Source of the DNA: Armatimonadota bacterium
GTDB lineage: Bacteria; Armatimonadota; SYMT01
Direction: 5' to 3'
DNA length: 64,000 nucleotides
Assembly (NCBI GenBank): GCA_046292385.1
Contig: JBKBRF010000033.1
Coordinates: 16,113-80,112 of the forward strand
Shown: positions 20,101-28,847 of the stretch, one piece after another
Layout of the letters: the number at the start of each line of letters is the position of its first letter
Position numbering within the stretch: position 1 is the first letter of the stretch
The notes under the pieces: generated by a model
What the model saw: the letters and a program-made list of their open reading frames with translations, nothing else
Told to the model about the DNA's origin: nothing
The model's database searches: none
Translations under genes and position numbers: made by a program

Positions 20101-23086
20101 CTCGTACGTCCGTCCCCCGGCGGAGGTGCTGGCCCGCAACACGCAGGGGCAGTCCGGCCTCTGGGCCTACGGCATCTCCGGTGACCTGCCGATCGTGCTG
20201 GCGCAGGTCGACAGCTTCGACGACCTCCCGCTCGTCTGCGACCTGCTGGTGGCGCACGAGTACCTGCGCCTGAAGGGGCTCAGCTTCGACCTGGTGATCC
20301 TGAACGCCCACCCGCCCGGCTACCTGCAGCCGTTCGAGGAGGCGCTCTTCGACGCGGCGCGCAACGAGGGCGCCTACTTCGACCAGCCGGGCGGCGTCTT
20401 CATCCGCAAGGCGGAGCACATCCCGGACGCCGGCCGCCACCTGCTGCTCTTCGTGGCGCGGGCGGTCTTCAACGGCGACTACGGCTCCCTGGCGCACCAG
20501 CTCGACTGGCGGCCGGAGCGCAAGGAGCCGCCCGCGGAGTTCCAGCCGGCCCGCGCGCCGCTGCCGCCGCAGCACCACGAGCCGATGCACATGGACCTCC
20601 GGTTCTTCAACGGCTTCGGCGGCTTCAGCGCGGACGGCCGCGAGTACGTGATGCTGCTGTTCGGGCGGGAGTGGACCCCCGCGCCGTGGATCAACGTGAT
20701 TGCGAACAAGAGCTTCGGCTTCCTCGCGTCGGAGGCGGGCCTCGGCTACACCTGGTCGGGGAACAGCCGGGAGAACCGGCTGACGCCGTGGTCGAACGAT
20801 CCGGTCTCCGACACCCCCGGCGAGGTGCTCTACCTGCGCCACGAGGACACCGGCCGGCTCTGGTCGCCCACCCCGCTGCCGATCCGGGAGCGAAACACCT
20901 TCGTGGTGCGGCACGGCCCCGGCTACACCACCTACCAGCACGAGTCGCACGGGCTGAACCAGGAGCTGACCGTCTTCACGCCGCCGGACGAGCCGGTCAA
21001 GATCGTCCGGCTCAAGCTGCGGAACGTCTCCGACCGCGTCCAGCGCGTCTCCGCCACTTACTACGCGGAGTGGGTGCTCGGCGTGCTGCGGGACCTGAAC
21101 CACCCGTACGTCGTCACCTCGCTCGACTCCGCCACCGGGGCGCTGCTGGCGCGCAACAGCTACAACACCGAGTTCGCGCAGCGGATCGCCTTCCTCGACG
21201 TGAACCGGATGCAGCGCACCGTCACCGGCGACCGGACCGAGTTCCTCGGCCGCAACGGCAGCTACCGCAGCCCGCGCGCGCTCAGCCACTCCGACCTCTC
21301 CGGCACGGTGGGCGCGCAGCTCGACCCGTGCGGCGCGGTGCAGGTGAAGCTGGCGGTGCAGCCGGAGACGGAGCGGGAGCTGATCTTCACCCTGGGTGAA
21401 GGCGCCGACCTGGCGGAAGTCCGCAACCTGGTGAACCGCTACCGCGATCCGAAGGAGGTGGATAACGCGCTGGCGACGGTACGGCAGGTGTGGGAGGACG
21501 TCCTCGGCACCGTCCAGGTGGAGACGCCGGACGGCGCGCTCGACCTGCTGCTGAACCGCTGGCTCCTCTACCAGGTCCTCGCCTGCCGCGTGTGGGCGCG
21601 CTCCGCGCTCTACCAGTCGGGCGGCGCCTTCGGCTTCCGGGACCAGCTTCAGGACGTGATGGCGCTCATCTCCAGCGGCTCCGCGCTGGGCTGGCAGGTG
21701 GCGCGGGAGCAGATCCTGCTCCACGCCAGCCGCCAGTTCATCGAGGGCGACGTGCAGCACTGGTGGCACCCGCCCACCGGCCGCGGCGTCCGCACCCGCT
21801 TCTCCGACGACCTGCTCTGGCTGCCGTACGTCACGCACCATTACGTGAAGACGACCGGCGACACCTCGATCCTGAGCGAGCAGGCGCTGTTCCTGATCGG
21901 CCGCCCGCTGGCGGAAGGCGAAGACGAGTACTACGACCTGCCGACCGTGGCGGACGAGAGCGCCACGCTCTACGAGCACTGCCTCCGCGCCATCCGCAAG
22001 GGCATGACCCAGGGCGCGCACGGCCTCCCGCTCTTCGGCAGCGGCGACTGGAACGACGGCATGAACCGCGTGGGCCACGAAGGCCGCGGGGAGAGCGTGT
22101 GGGTCGGCTGGTTCCTCTGCTCCATCCTCCAGGACTTCGCGCCGATCTGCGAACTGCGCGGCGAGCACGAGCTGGCAGAGGAGCTCCGGGCGGAGGTCGT
22201 CCGCCTGCAGGCCGCGATCGAGGAGCATGCCTGGGACGGCGAGTGGTACCGCCGCGCCTACTTCGACGACGGCACGCCGCTCGGCTCGAAGGTGAACGAG
22301 GAGTGCAAGATCGACGCGATCGCGCAAAGCTGGTCGGTCATCTCCGGCGCCGGCGACCCGGCCCGTTCCCGCCAGGCGATGGAGAGCGTGGAGAAGTACC
22401 TGGTGAACGAGAAGGACGAGCTGATCCTGCTCTTCACCCCGGCCTTCGACAAGAGCAGCCTCGACCCCGGCTACATCAAGGGCTACGTCCCCGGCGTGCG
22501 GGAGAACGGCGGACAGTACACCCACGCCGCGCTCTGGACCGTCCTCGCCACCGCCCTGCTCGGCAAGGGCAAACGCGCCCATGAACTCTTCACGCTGCTC
22601 AACCCGATCTGGCACGGCGACACGCCGGAGGCGGTGGCGAAGTACAAGGTCGAGCCGTACGTGGTCGCGGCCGACGTCTACGGCGTCCCGCCGCACACCG
22701 GCCGCGGCGGCTGGACCTGGTACACCGGCTCCGCGAGCTGGATGTACCGCGTGGGGCTGGAGGCGCTGCTCGGCTTCAGCCTGCTCGGTGACGCGCTCAC
22801 GATGAACCCGTGCATCCCCGCGGAGTGGCCCGGCTTCCGCCTGAACTACTGCCACGGAGAGACGAAGTACGTGGTCACCGTGGAGAACCCGGACCGCGTG
22901 GAGACCGGCGTCCGCGAGGTCACCCTCGACGGCAATCCGGTCCCGGACGGCCGCGTCCCGCTCGTCGACGACGGCCGCGAGCATGCCGTCCGCGTGGTGA
23001 TGGGCACCCCCACCGTCTCCACCGCAGGCGACGGCCGCGCCCCTATCGCCAGCCCCGCGCCGACCCCCGCGGCGGGGGCTGAGTAG
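14156..23086 (+). CDS. ndvB: Cyclic beta-1,2-glucan synthase (GT84 plus GH94 phosphorylase-like domains), Cgs/NdvB/ChvB-like
   Basis: 2976 aa; EWLLDNF, GWERKRGKL, LLSHDLFEG, RQHRWIRGDWQL, TM region, RTSPTNIG, YQSGGAFGFRDQLQD, GDWNDGMN, ENGGQYTH. Confidence 0.95.
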   Translation: MPTEPSSFLHLGTAATLIGAALSVLQMAPAEEAEAPFRAELLSREQLAERARQLAREHRVLPGRQRGRPLLRRVEESARSLVRSYQAIAAAARRGEPVTPASEWLLDNFHIVEEQITGIRKHLPRTYYAELPKLRDGELAGYPRVYALALLIISHSDGALDEETLAEVVQAYQSISPLSIGELWAVAIMLRVGLVENLRRLTEPLEAQRLARAEADAWAEQVIAAAANGASEVAVVLGQLAGSRLRLRDPFVVRLVQRLRGRGAAVQPVLDWLTRHVSGQGGPTIEERVRAQNQLQAADQVSISNTITSFRLLDRIDWASFFEKVSLVEAVLRRDPAGIYTQCDFATRDACRHEVERIAQRSNSTELEVATEAIDLAREGEARRPGEVRRAHVGYYLIDRGCRELERRSEYRPTSGERVHTWVLDHPTAIFLGAITLFTVLFTAIAVWYAAVAGPDASPWLVALAGLAALIPASDLAVSVVNRTTTLLLRPRVLPKLDFSTGTPTEFRTLVVIPTLLTSEEGVDELLDNLEVHYLANTDRNLHFALLTDFADAPQEEMPSDLALLHRAISGILRLNDRYEGVNCYQRFYLFHRPRKWNPCQEVWMGWERKRGKLMELNRLLRGAEDTSYQIVIGDREAIQGVKYILCLDSDTQLPPESAHRLIGTMAHPLNRPVIDPETRRVVEGYGLLQPRVSINLPSAAQTLFTRIFSGNAGVDPYTTAVSDVYQDLFREGIFCGKGIYDLDAFEQVLEGRVGENELLSHDLFEGSFARCALATDIELFDDYPARYNSHAARQHRWIRGDWQLLKWLAPRVRQPATGGRPGPNPLSAIARWKIFDNLRRSMVAPALALMLALGWLVLPGEPVVWTLGALLVVLFPIYAHLAGALIVDPRAVPWTSYFWNVWYDALTNLEQGALTLSFLMHQAVNAVDAAVRTLWRMFVTRRNLLEWTTAAAAERMLGSDLVSFTRRMAPSVAVSALLLVLVAALRPGALGAALPVLLTWFAAPWVAWAVSRPLRKEVVTLAPDEIDYLRLTARKTWRFFEETVSEADNWLPPDNYQEDRLPAIAHRTSPTNIGLLLLSTVSARDLGYVGLLEMTDRLERTMATLDGMEKFCGHFFNWYDTETAKPILPFYISTVDSGNLAGHLIALKQACWELQSEPVFGEQTLAGLRDVLAGLREALGDKEGVLAEPLATMSQLLNDPSYSGPAWHFHLQKIRSVATVIEQQAASLSEIELGREPRAWIGMLSRSAAELQRDLETLIPWAGLLTMQPVPFGDGKPLFGDLEDRPHVFAELVTPPGKRPRGLFQLAEAMDRALAHLERLYARLELDGVSPEQQEAARTWLGELRNAFEQCRVQRVQLLRRLSALAEQANRMVEEMSFAFLYDEARDLFAVGYNVTEARLDGFHYDLLASECRLASFVAIAKREVPQKHWFRMGRALTSAGGERALVSWSGTMFEYLMPLLVMRSYGGTLLAETMPAVVRQQQRYAAREGVPWGISESGFSARDPGMSYQYHAFGVPGLGLKADLSEDLVIAPYATLLALPLAPREAVRNLEALEREGGEGPLGFYEAIDYTPTRLPRGERSEVVRSYMAHHQGMALVSLANYLLGDPMQQRFHADPLVKSAELLLQERNPREATPAHPQTQEVLAAQTVRRELAAASVRHYTTAQTSTPRVQLLSNGSYAGMVTNSGGSYSTWKGIAVTRWREDPTRDHWGTFLYLRDLQSGSVWSATQQPLPQVAAEYEVYFTEDKAEFQRREHGIMSRLEVCVSPEDDVEIRRLTLTNLSDQPREIEVTSYAEVVLAKPQADMAHTTFSNLFLETEFRPERTALLATRRPRAAGQERLWAVHVLAHEGVPAEIWAATEYETDRARFTGRGRTTANPLALETNEPLSGATGPVLDPIFSLRQKVRMAPRQTVQLAYITGAAASREEALALAERYHDLRAAGRAFELAWTNSQVELRHLGLTPEQANLCQRLASRVLYVDSYVRPPAEVLARNTQGQSGLWAYGISGDLPIVLAQVDSFDDLPLVCDLLVAHEYLRLKGLSFDLVILNAHPPGYLQPFEEALFDAARNEGAYFDQPGGVFIRKAEHIPDAGRHLLLFVARAVFNGDYGSLAHQLDWRPERKEPPAEFQPARAPLPPQHHEPMHMDLRFFNGFGGFSADGREYVMLLFGREWTPAPWINVIANKSFGFLASEAGLGYTWSGNSRENRLTPWSNDPVSDTPGEVLYLRHEDTGRLWSPTPLPIRERNTFVVRHGPGYTTYQHESHGLNQELTVFTPPDEPVKIVRLKLRNVSDRVQRVSATYYAEWVLGVLRDLNHPYVVTSLDSATGALLARNSYNTEFAQRIAFLDVNRMQRTVTGDRTEFLGRNGSYRSPRALSHSDLSGTVGAQLDPCGAVQVKLAVQPETERELIFTLGEGADLAEVRNLVNRYRDPKEVDNALATVRQVWEDVLGTVQVETPDGALDLLLNRWLLYQVLACRVWARSALYQSGGAFGFRDQLQDVMALISSGSALGWQVAREQILLHASRQFIEGDVQHWWHPPTGRGVRTRFSDDLLWLPYVTHHYVKTTGDTSILSEQALFLIGRPLAEGEDEYYDLPTVADESATLYEHCLRAIRKGMTQGAHGLPLFGSGDWNDGMNRVGHEGRGESVWVGWFLCSILQDFAPICELRGEHELAEELRAEVVRLQAAIEEHAWDGEWYRRAYFDDGTPLGSKVNEECKIDAIAQSWSVISGAGDPARSRQAMESVEKYLVNEKDELILLFTPAFDKSSLDPGYIKGYVPGVRENGGQYTHAALWTVLATALLGKGKRAHELFTLLNPIWHGDTPEAVAKYKVEPYVVAADVYGVPPHTGRGGWTWYTGSASWMYRVGLEALLGFSLLGDALTMNPCIPAEWPGFRLNYCHGETKYVVTVENPDRVETGVREVTLDGNPVPDGRVPLVDDGREHAVRVVMGTPTVSTAGDGRAPIASPAPTPAAGAE

Positions 23087-23107
23087 CCGCCTCTCACTGG
23101 AGAAAAC

Positions 23108-23142
23108 CCCGTGATTGCGTGAAACATCCACGCAATCACGGG
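23108..23142. terminator. Perfect 14-bp hairpin after the glucan synthase gene
   Basis: CCCGTGATTGCGTG-7nt-CACGCAATCACGGG; no clear U-tract on the plus strand. Confidence 0.5.
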
Positions 23143-23239
23143 ATAATCCTGTCACGGGTGCTGCCTATGGCACCCGTGGCGCCGGTGACGCAGCACGCGC
23201 AGGGGATCCGTGTCGCTGTCTCACCGCATGAGAGCGAGC

Positions 23240-24535
23240 ATGCTGGTCGATTTCACCGTAGCGAACTTCCGCTCCATCAAAGAGCCGGTCACCCTCTCCG
23301 CCATCGCGACCGGCCGGAGCACCGGGAGCGGCAAGAGCGGCGCCGCGTCAGCCCGCTACCTGACGGACGAGCAGATTGCCCCCGCTCGCCCTGTCGAGGG
23401 GCACGGCGTCTCGCTGCTCCCCGCCCTCGCCATTTTCGGCGCCAACGCCTCCGGGAAGAGCAACGTAATCCGTGCACTCTCGGAGCTGCTACTCCTCGCC
23501 TCCGGCAGGAGAGACTCGGATCGCGATGCGTTAAGGGGGATCGTGCCGTTCAAGCTAGACGCGCCTACCCGAAAAGCGCCTACCGAGTTCCAGATTCGAG
23601 TAGCGGCGGGCGAAGCCGTCTTCACTTACGAGATCCACGTTGATGCGTCCCGCGTCTGGAAGGAGCAGCTCGATTACGCCCTCAAGCCGCCGCGTCGCTC
23701 CAGGCTACTCTATCGTCGGCAGTGGCTTCCGGAGCGGGAGCAATACCGCTGGAAGAACGGCGAGGACTTTCTGGGAGCGCATACGCAGCTCCAGGAAGCA
23801 CTGCGCCCGCAGCAACCGTACCTGGGCTTGTTGGTTAAGCAGCTTCAGGTCGAAGTAGTAGAGCCGCTCCGTGACTGGCTCTTCTCCACAGGTCCGTGCT
23901 GGTGCCCTGAAGACGAGGCGGCGCTCCTTCGCTGGACCACCTACAACGCGAGTGAGCATCCGGAGTTTCTCGTGAGCCTGAATCAACTCGTCCGGTCAAG
24001 TGACACCGGCATTGACCGCGTGGGGCTCCAGCCTCGAAAGAGGGTCGTTGGCCCGGACGGATGGGAAGATCTCGAGTTGATCGTGACGCGCTCGGGAAAC
24101 GATGGGTTGGTTTCCTGGGGCATGTCCGAGGAGTCAGCGGGAACGCAGCGCCTCGTCGCGCTCTCGTACGCGTTGCTCCTCTCGTTGAGACACGGTGGCG
24201 TGTGCCTGATCGATGAGCTCGACGCCAGCCTACATCCCCACCTCGCTCGGCGGATCGTGCGGATGTTCCAGGATCCCGCCACCAACCCGAACGGAGCGCA
24301 GCTCGTTTTCACCAGTCATGACGCCACCCTGCACGACGGCGAGACGCTGCGGCGGGACCAGACCTGGTTCACGCAGAAGCGAGAGGACGGCTCGACCGAG
24401 CTCTACTCCTTGAGCGACTTCAAGGTGCGGCGGGACCTGGCGATTGAGCGGGCCTATCTCGACGGTCGATTTGGCGCCGTTCCCGTACTACCACCCATCA
24501 CGCAGATGCTCTCGGAGCCGGAGAAGGCCGCGTGA
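23240..24535 (+). CDS. AAA_21-family ATPase (RloA/AbiLi-like)
   Basis: MLVDFTVANFRS, GANASGKSN, ESAGT, IDELDASLHP, QLVFTSHD, RRDQTWF, YLDGRFGAVP. Confidence 0.9.
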   Translation: MLVDFTVANFRSIKEPVTLSAIATGRSTGSGKSGAASARYLTDEQIAPARPVEGHGVSLLPALAIFGANASGKSNVIRALSELLLLASGRRDSDRDALRGIVPFKLDAPTRKAPTEFQIRVAAGEAVFTYEIHVDASRVWKEQLDYALKPPRRSRLLYRRQWLPEREQYRWKNGEDFLGAHTQLQEALRPQQPYLGLLVKQLQVEVVEPLRDWLFSTGPCWCPEDEAALLRWTTYNASEHPEFLVSLNQLVRSSDTGIDRVGLQPRKRVVGPDGWEDLELIVTRSGNDGLVSWGMSEESAGTQRLVALSYALLLSLRHGGVCLIDELDASLHPHLARRIVRMFQDPATNPNGAQLVFTSHDATLHDGETLRRDQTWFTQKREDGSTELYSLSDFKVRRDLAIERAYLDGRFGAVPVLPPITQMLSEPEKAA

Positions 24536-24967
24536 GCCCGAGTCGGAGCCTGCAGCGCCCGTCAGGACATCGGACCTATGGGACTCGGGTGCTGATTGCC
24601 TGTGAGGGTGCGAGTGAAAACGGCTCTCGCGGGAGGATCACGGTCGGTTGGCACCCTGGCGCGGCCTAACCCCCCAGCCCCCTTCCCTGAAGTGGAAGGG
24701 GGAGCTACAGCATCACACCCATAGCTCCCCTCTCCTCTCAGGAGAGGGGCCGGGGGTGAGGCCGCGAATGAAGTAGCGCTCACCGTGTTTTCGCCCATCC
24801 CGGGTGCCCGCAGCCGCATCGGCAACTCTGTGAGCCAAGCCATCCGCCGCGCGGAGGCGCTGGCAGTCCGCGTCGCGGAGGTGGGGGACGATCCCCATCT
24901 CAACCCCACTACCGGCGTCGGCAGGCTGGTGGTCCACCTTCGCGAGCTGAGGTCCTCGCGCCCGTAA
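24532..24967 (+). pseudogene. rloB: rloB-like gene with its centre lost
   Basis: GTG overlapping the ATPase stop gives ...RVLIACEGASE... then stop at 24667-24669; a downstream fragment AIRRAEAL...NPTTGVGRLVVHL matches the RloB C-terminal pattern. Confidence 0.7.
24663..24763. repeat. REP-like double-hairpin element (CCCCTCTCC/GGAGAGGGG type)
   Basis: Two inverted units: CCCCCTTCC..GGAAGGGGGAGCTA and TAGCTCCCCTCTCC..GGAGAGGGG, with outer IR GGCCT(A/C)ACCCCC. Confidence 0.75.
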
Positions 24968-25020
24968 ACTGCCGCGGCGGACCGAGGTCGTTCGAGAGTG
25001 GACGCCGAACGGGGCGCCGT

Positions 25021-25554
25021 ATGCTGACGATCCGCCCTGCCCGGTGGCCGGACGATGCCGCCGCGCTCGCCGGTCTGGATACCTCGTTCACGACCGAGCG
25101 GATCTACCGGGTGGTCTGCGAGGAGCTCGGGTTCACGCTGGTGGAGGAGCCCGTCGACCCGCCACTGTGGAAGAGCTACGGGCCGATCTCCCCGCCGGAG
25201 CCCTCGGCAGTGCCGCCGATCGCCCTGGTCGCGGAGTTGGATGACCGCGTCGCCGGCTATGCGGTGGTGGAATTCTCGGAGTGGAACCGGCGGCTCCAGG
25301 TGTCTCACCTCTACGTGGCGCCGGAATGCCGTGGGCGCGGGGTGGGGACGGCGCTGCTGGCGAAGCTGGAGTGGTTCGGACGCACGTTCGGCGCCCGGTG
25401 CCTCTGGGTGGAGACGCAGAACGTGAACCTTCCGGCGGTCGAGTTCTACCTCCGCCGCGGCTTCCGGCTCTGCGGGCTCGACACCTCCCTCTACGACCCG
25501 GCGGAGCCCGGCAGCGGCGAAGTGGCGCTCTTTCTCTCCCGCGATCTCTCCTGA
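25021..25554 (+). CDS. GNAT acetyltransferase, streptothricin-acetyltransferase-like
   Basis: RGRGVG acetyl-CoA motif; ETQNVNLPAVEFY..GFRLCGLDTSLY. Confidence 0.85.
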   Translation: MLTIRPARWPDDAAALAGLDTSFTTERIYRVVCEELGFTLVEEPVDPPLWKSYGPISPPEPSAVPPIALVAELDDRVAGYAVVEFSEWNRRLQVSHLYVAPECRGRGVGTALLAKLEWFGRTFGARCLWVETQNVNLPAVEFYLRRGFRLCGLDTSLYDPAEPGSGEVALFLSRDLS

Positions 25555-27689
25555 TGGAATATCCGATGACCGACCTCTCGCGAACCGCCCTCCCGGCCCG
25601 TGCCCTGGCCGTGCTCCTCGGCATGCTGGCGCTGGGCGCCGTCTCCGGTGGGGTCTCCCACGGCGCCGGCGCGGCGGAGACAACCCCGATCCACCCGAAC
25701 CTGCGCTACTACGAGCCCCCGCCGCGCACTCCCAGGAAGGAGACGCTGGACGTCGACCTCTGCGTCTACGGCGGTACCTCCGCCGGGGTGGCGGCGGCGG
25801 TGCAGGCGGCGCGCGACGGGCACACCGTGGTGCTGGTCGCGCCGGAGGCGAACCTCGGCGGGCTCAGCAGCGGCGGGCTCACCTGGACCGACTTCGGCAA
25901 CAAGAGCGCGATCGGCGGCCTCTCGCGGGAGTTCTACCGCCGCGTGGGGCAGAAGTACGGTGCCGAGGTGGAGTGGACCTTCGAGCCGAAGGTCGCGGAG
26001 CAGGTCTTCCAGGAGTGGATCGCGGAGGCGAAGGTCCCGGTCCGCTACCGCCACTTCCTGAAGGGGGTGAAGAAGGACGGCCGCCGCCTGATCTCGCTCA
26101 CCACCGAGCGGGGACTCACGGTGAACGCGCGGATCTTCATCGACGCCACCTACGAGGGCGACCTGCTGGCGCGCGCGGGGGTGCGCTACACCGTCGGGCG
26201 GGAGTCGAACGCCACCTACGGCGAGACGCTGAACGGCGTGCAGGTGCGGGACAAGCACCAGTTCGAGCACGCCGTCTCCCCGTACGTGGTGGAGGGCGAC
26301 CCGAAGAGCGGGCTGCTCCCCGGCATCGAGCCGGGCCCGGTGGCGCCGGCCGGCTCGGGCGACCACCGCGTGCAGGCGTACAACTTCCGCCTCACCCTCA
26401 CGAAGGACCCCGCCAACCGGATCCCGTTCCCCAAGCCGGCGGGCTACGACCCGCGCGAGTACGTCCTGCTCTCCCGCTACCTGCAGCGCGACACGCAGTT
26501 CGTCTTCGGCAAGTTCGATCCGCTGCGCGGGGGGAAGGTCGACAAGAACAACCACGGCGCGATCTCGACCGACTACATCGGCCAGAACTACGGCTGGCCG
26601 GACGGCAGCTACCGGGAGCGGGAGAAGATCTTCCAGCGGCACGTGGTCTACCAGCAGGGGCTGATGTGGTTCCTCGCCAACGACCCGAGCGTCCCAGCCG
26701 AGGTGCGAAGCCGGATGAGCGAGTGGGGCCTGCCGAAGGACGAGTTCACCCGCACCAGCGGCTGGCCGCACCAGCTCTACATCCGCGAGGCGCGCCGCAT
26801 GCTCGGCGACTACGTGATGACGGAGCACGACTGCCGCGGCAAGCGAAAGGTCGACGACTCGGTCGGCCTCGGCTCCTACGGCATGGACTCCCACAACTGC
26901 CAGCGGGTGGTGATCGACGGCCGCGTGATGAACGAGGGCGACGTGCAGGTCGGCGGCTTCTCTCCGTACCCGGTCTCCTACCGCGCCATCGTGCCGAAGC
27001 GGGCGGAGTGCGAGAACCTGCTGGTGCCGGTCTGCGTCAGCTCCTCCCACATCGCCTACGGCTCGATCCGAATGGAGCCGGTCTTCATGGTACTGGCGCA
27101 GTCGGCGGCGGTCGCGGCCGACATGGCGCTCGACGGCGACGGCGTGGTCCAGAACGTGCCGGTGCCCAGCCTGCAGGAGCGTCTCCGGGAGCTGGGGCAG
27201 GTGCTCGAATGGACCGGCACCGCCGCGGCGAACGGCTCCGCCCCGCTCATCGCGCCGGGCTCGCTCCCCGGAGTGGTGCTGGATGACGTGGACGGCCAAC
27301 GCTCCGGCACCTGGGCCGTCTCGACCCGCTCCGTGGAGCGGCGAGTCGGGACCGGCTACCTCCACGACAACGACACCCGCGACGGCCGCTCGCAGATCCG
27401 CTTCACGCCGGAGATCCCCGCCGCCGGCGAGTACGAGCTGCTGATACTCGCCCCGCCCCACCCGAACCGCGCCACCAACGCGCCGGTGGAGATCGCCATC
27501 GGCAAGGAAGACCCGATCCGCGTCCGCGTCGACCTCCGCGGCCCGCAGGGCAGCGGCTTCCGCCCCGTCGGGCGCTTCCTGCTCCCCGCGGGCCGCCAGA
27601 CCACCATCACCGTCTCCAACGGCGGCACCGACGGCTACGTGGTTGTCGACGGGGTGCAGCTCCTCCGGCACTCGGTGGAGGTCCCGTAG
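25554..27689 (+). CDS. Secreted FAD-dependent oxidoreductase with C-terminal golvesin/xanthan-lyase-like domain
   Basis: VYGGTSAGVAAA, IDATYEGDL, YIREARRM, SIRMEP; C-terminal NRATNAPV..GYVVVDGV; start codon uncertain (25554 or 25566). Confidence 0.85.
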   Translation: MEYPMTDLSRTALPARALAVLLGMLALGAVSGGVSHGAGAAETTPIHPNLRYYEPPPRTPRKETLDVDLCVYGGTSAGVAAAVQAARDGHTVVLVAPEANLGGLSSGGLTWTDFGNKSAIGGLSREFYRRVGQKYGAEVEWTFEPKVAEQVFQEWIAEAKVPVRYRHFLKGVKKDGRRLISLTTERGLTVNARIFIDATYEGDLLARAGVRYTVGRESNATYGETLNGVQVRDKHQFEHAVSPYVVEGDPKSGLLPGIEPGPVAPAGSGDHRVQAYNFRLTLTKDPANRIPFPKPAGYDPREYVLLSRYLQRDTQFVFGKFDPLRGGKVDKNNHGAISTDYIGQNYGWPDGSYREREKIFQRHVVYQQGLMWFLANDPSVPAEVRSRMSEWGLPKDEFTRTSGWPHQLYIREARRMLGDYVMTEHDCRGKRKVDDSVGLGSYGMDSHNCQRVVIDGRVMNEGDVQVGGFSPYPVSYRAIVPKRAECENLLVPVCVSSSHIAYGSIRMEPVFMVLAQSAAVAADMALDGDGVVQNVPVPSLQERLRELGQVLEWTGTAAANGSAPLIAPGSLPGVVLDDVDGQRSGTWAVSTRSVERRVGTGYLHDNDTRDGRSQIRFTPEIPAAGEYELLILAPPHPNRATNAPVEIAIGKEDPIRVRVDLRGPQGSGFRPVGRFLLPAGRQTTITVSNGGTDGYVVVDGVQLLRHSVEVP

Positions 27690-27702
27690 GTGCCGGGCCG
27701 TG

Positions 27703-28266
27703 TCAAGCGTCAGCAGCCGCGTGGTCTGTCGATGGCTCAAAGCCCGCGGAGGCCATCTGCTGGACTACCGGCTCGATCGGGGTGGGGTCCGTGAAGTAGA
27801 GCGTGGTGAAGTCGTCGTCGTCGGTCCGGAGCAGCGCGCGGCCGTGATCCGGCACCACCCAGAGGTCGTAGTAGCCGCTCCAGCCGAAGGCGATCTGCGC
27901 CGTCACGAGCAGCGTCAGGGCGGGCCGCTCGTCGGCGGTGAACCGCAGCGCGCCTTCGAAGTCCGCCGGGATACCGAGGCTCCGCAGCACCGGCTCCAGC
28001 CCTTCGTTCTCGCCCTGGTCCCACCACTTCCCCTCGCGCTTGAGGACCCAGCAGTAGTCGAAGGGCGAGAGCGTGTCGAGGAGCGCGGTGACGAACGCGA
28101 GGAGCGTCTTCGTCTCGTAGGGAGTCGACCACTCGCGACTCTCCGTCGTGCCGGAGCGCGAGGTGAGCTCCAGCGAGAAATGGCCCTCAGACCACTCGCG
28201 GTTCTCGGCCTGAATCGGCGAGTCCGCGCACCAATCGTGAAACGTCTCGAGCGACGCAAGCTGCAT
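27703..28266 (-). CDS. Hypothetical protein
   Basis: Protein-like composition from MQLASLETF; co-oriented with neighbours. Confidence 0.65.
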   Translation of the reverse strand: MQLASLETFHDWCADSPIQAENREWSEGHFSLELTSRSGTTESREWSTPYETKTLLAFVTALLDTLSPFDYCWVLKREGKWWDQGENEGLEPVLRSLGIPADFEGALRFTADERPALTLLVTAQIAFGWSGYYDLWVVPDHGRALLRTDDDDFTTLYFTDPTPIEPVVQQMASAGFEPSTDHAAADA

Positions 28267-28295
28267 TCTCGGGTCTCGGTCGGAGGACGATGGCG

Positions 28296-28847
28296 TCACC
28301 GTCGGGCGGAACGGAGTGCCTCCGCGGCGAGGTTGCGCACGGCGCGGGTGGCTCCGGTGGCGGCGAGGCGCTCCAGTTGGGCGGTTGAAAGGGGGTGGAT
28401 CCGCAGCAACTCGCGCTGCGCGCCGCCGTCCCCAGAGGAGAAGATCCGGTCGAAGGTCGCTTCCGTCAGGCCGGTCCGGAGCTCGGCGTAGAGCCGGAGA
28501 CGGCTGACCAGGCGCACGAGGTCGGACTCTCCGGAGGCGAACGCGCGCTCCCGCATCTCGTCCGGGCACTCGCTGAGTTTCAGGATGTCATGCATCATCG
28601 CCCGGCCCATCGCGGGGTCGGGATCCTCGCCGCCGAGCGAATAGAGCGCTTCGCACTGGTCCGGGTCGATCGGCCGGCTCCCGGAGAGATACTCGCGGAA
28701 GGCGTAGTACCGGTAGTGCTCCGGGTGCGGGTCTTCCCCGCGCTCGAAGATCCGCCCCAGCTCCGCGAGCCGGTCCGGCGTCACCACCCCCAGCTCGCTC
28801 CAGCGGCTCGTGAACCCGAGGATCTCGGTGTAATCTCGACTATTCAT
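28296..28847 (-). CDS. Hypothetical protein
   Basis: 183-aa ORF, start overlapping the upstream stop. Confidence 0.7.
   Translation of the reverse strand: MNSRDYTEILGFTSRWSELGVVTPDRLAELGRIFERGEDPHPEHYRYYAFREYLSGSRPIDPDQCEALYSLGGEDPDPAMGRAMMHDILKLSECPDEMRERAFASGESDLVRLVSRLRLYAELRTGLTEATFDRIFSSGDGGAQRELLRIHPLSTAQLERLAATGATRAVRNLAAEALRSARR

Noticed and set aside
17837..23155. 1772-aa minus-strand ORF and many other long antisense or alternate-frame ORFs
   Set aside because: Shadow ORFs of well-supported genes in high-GC DNA; no recognisable motifs
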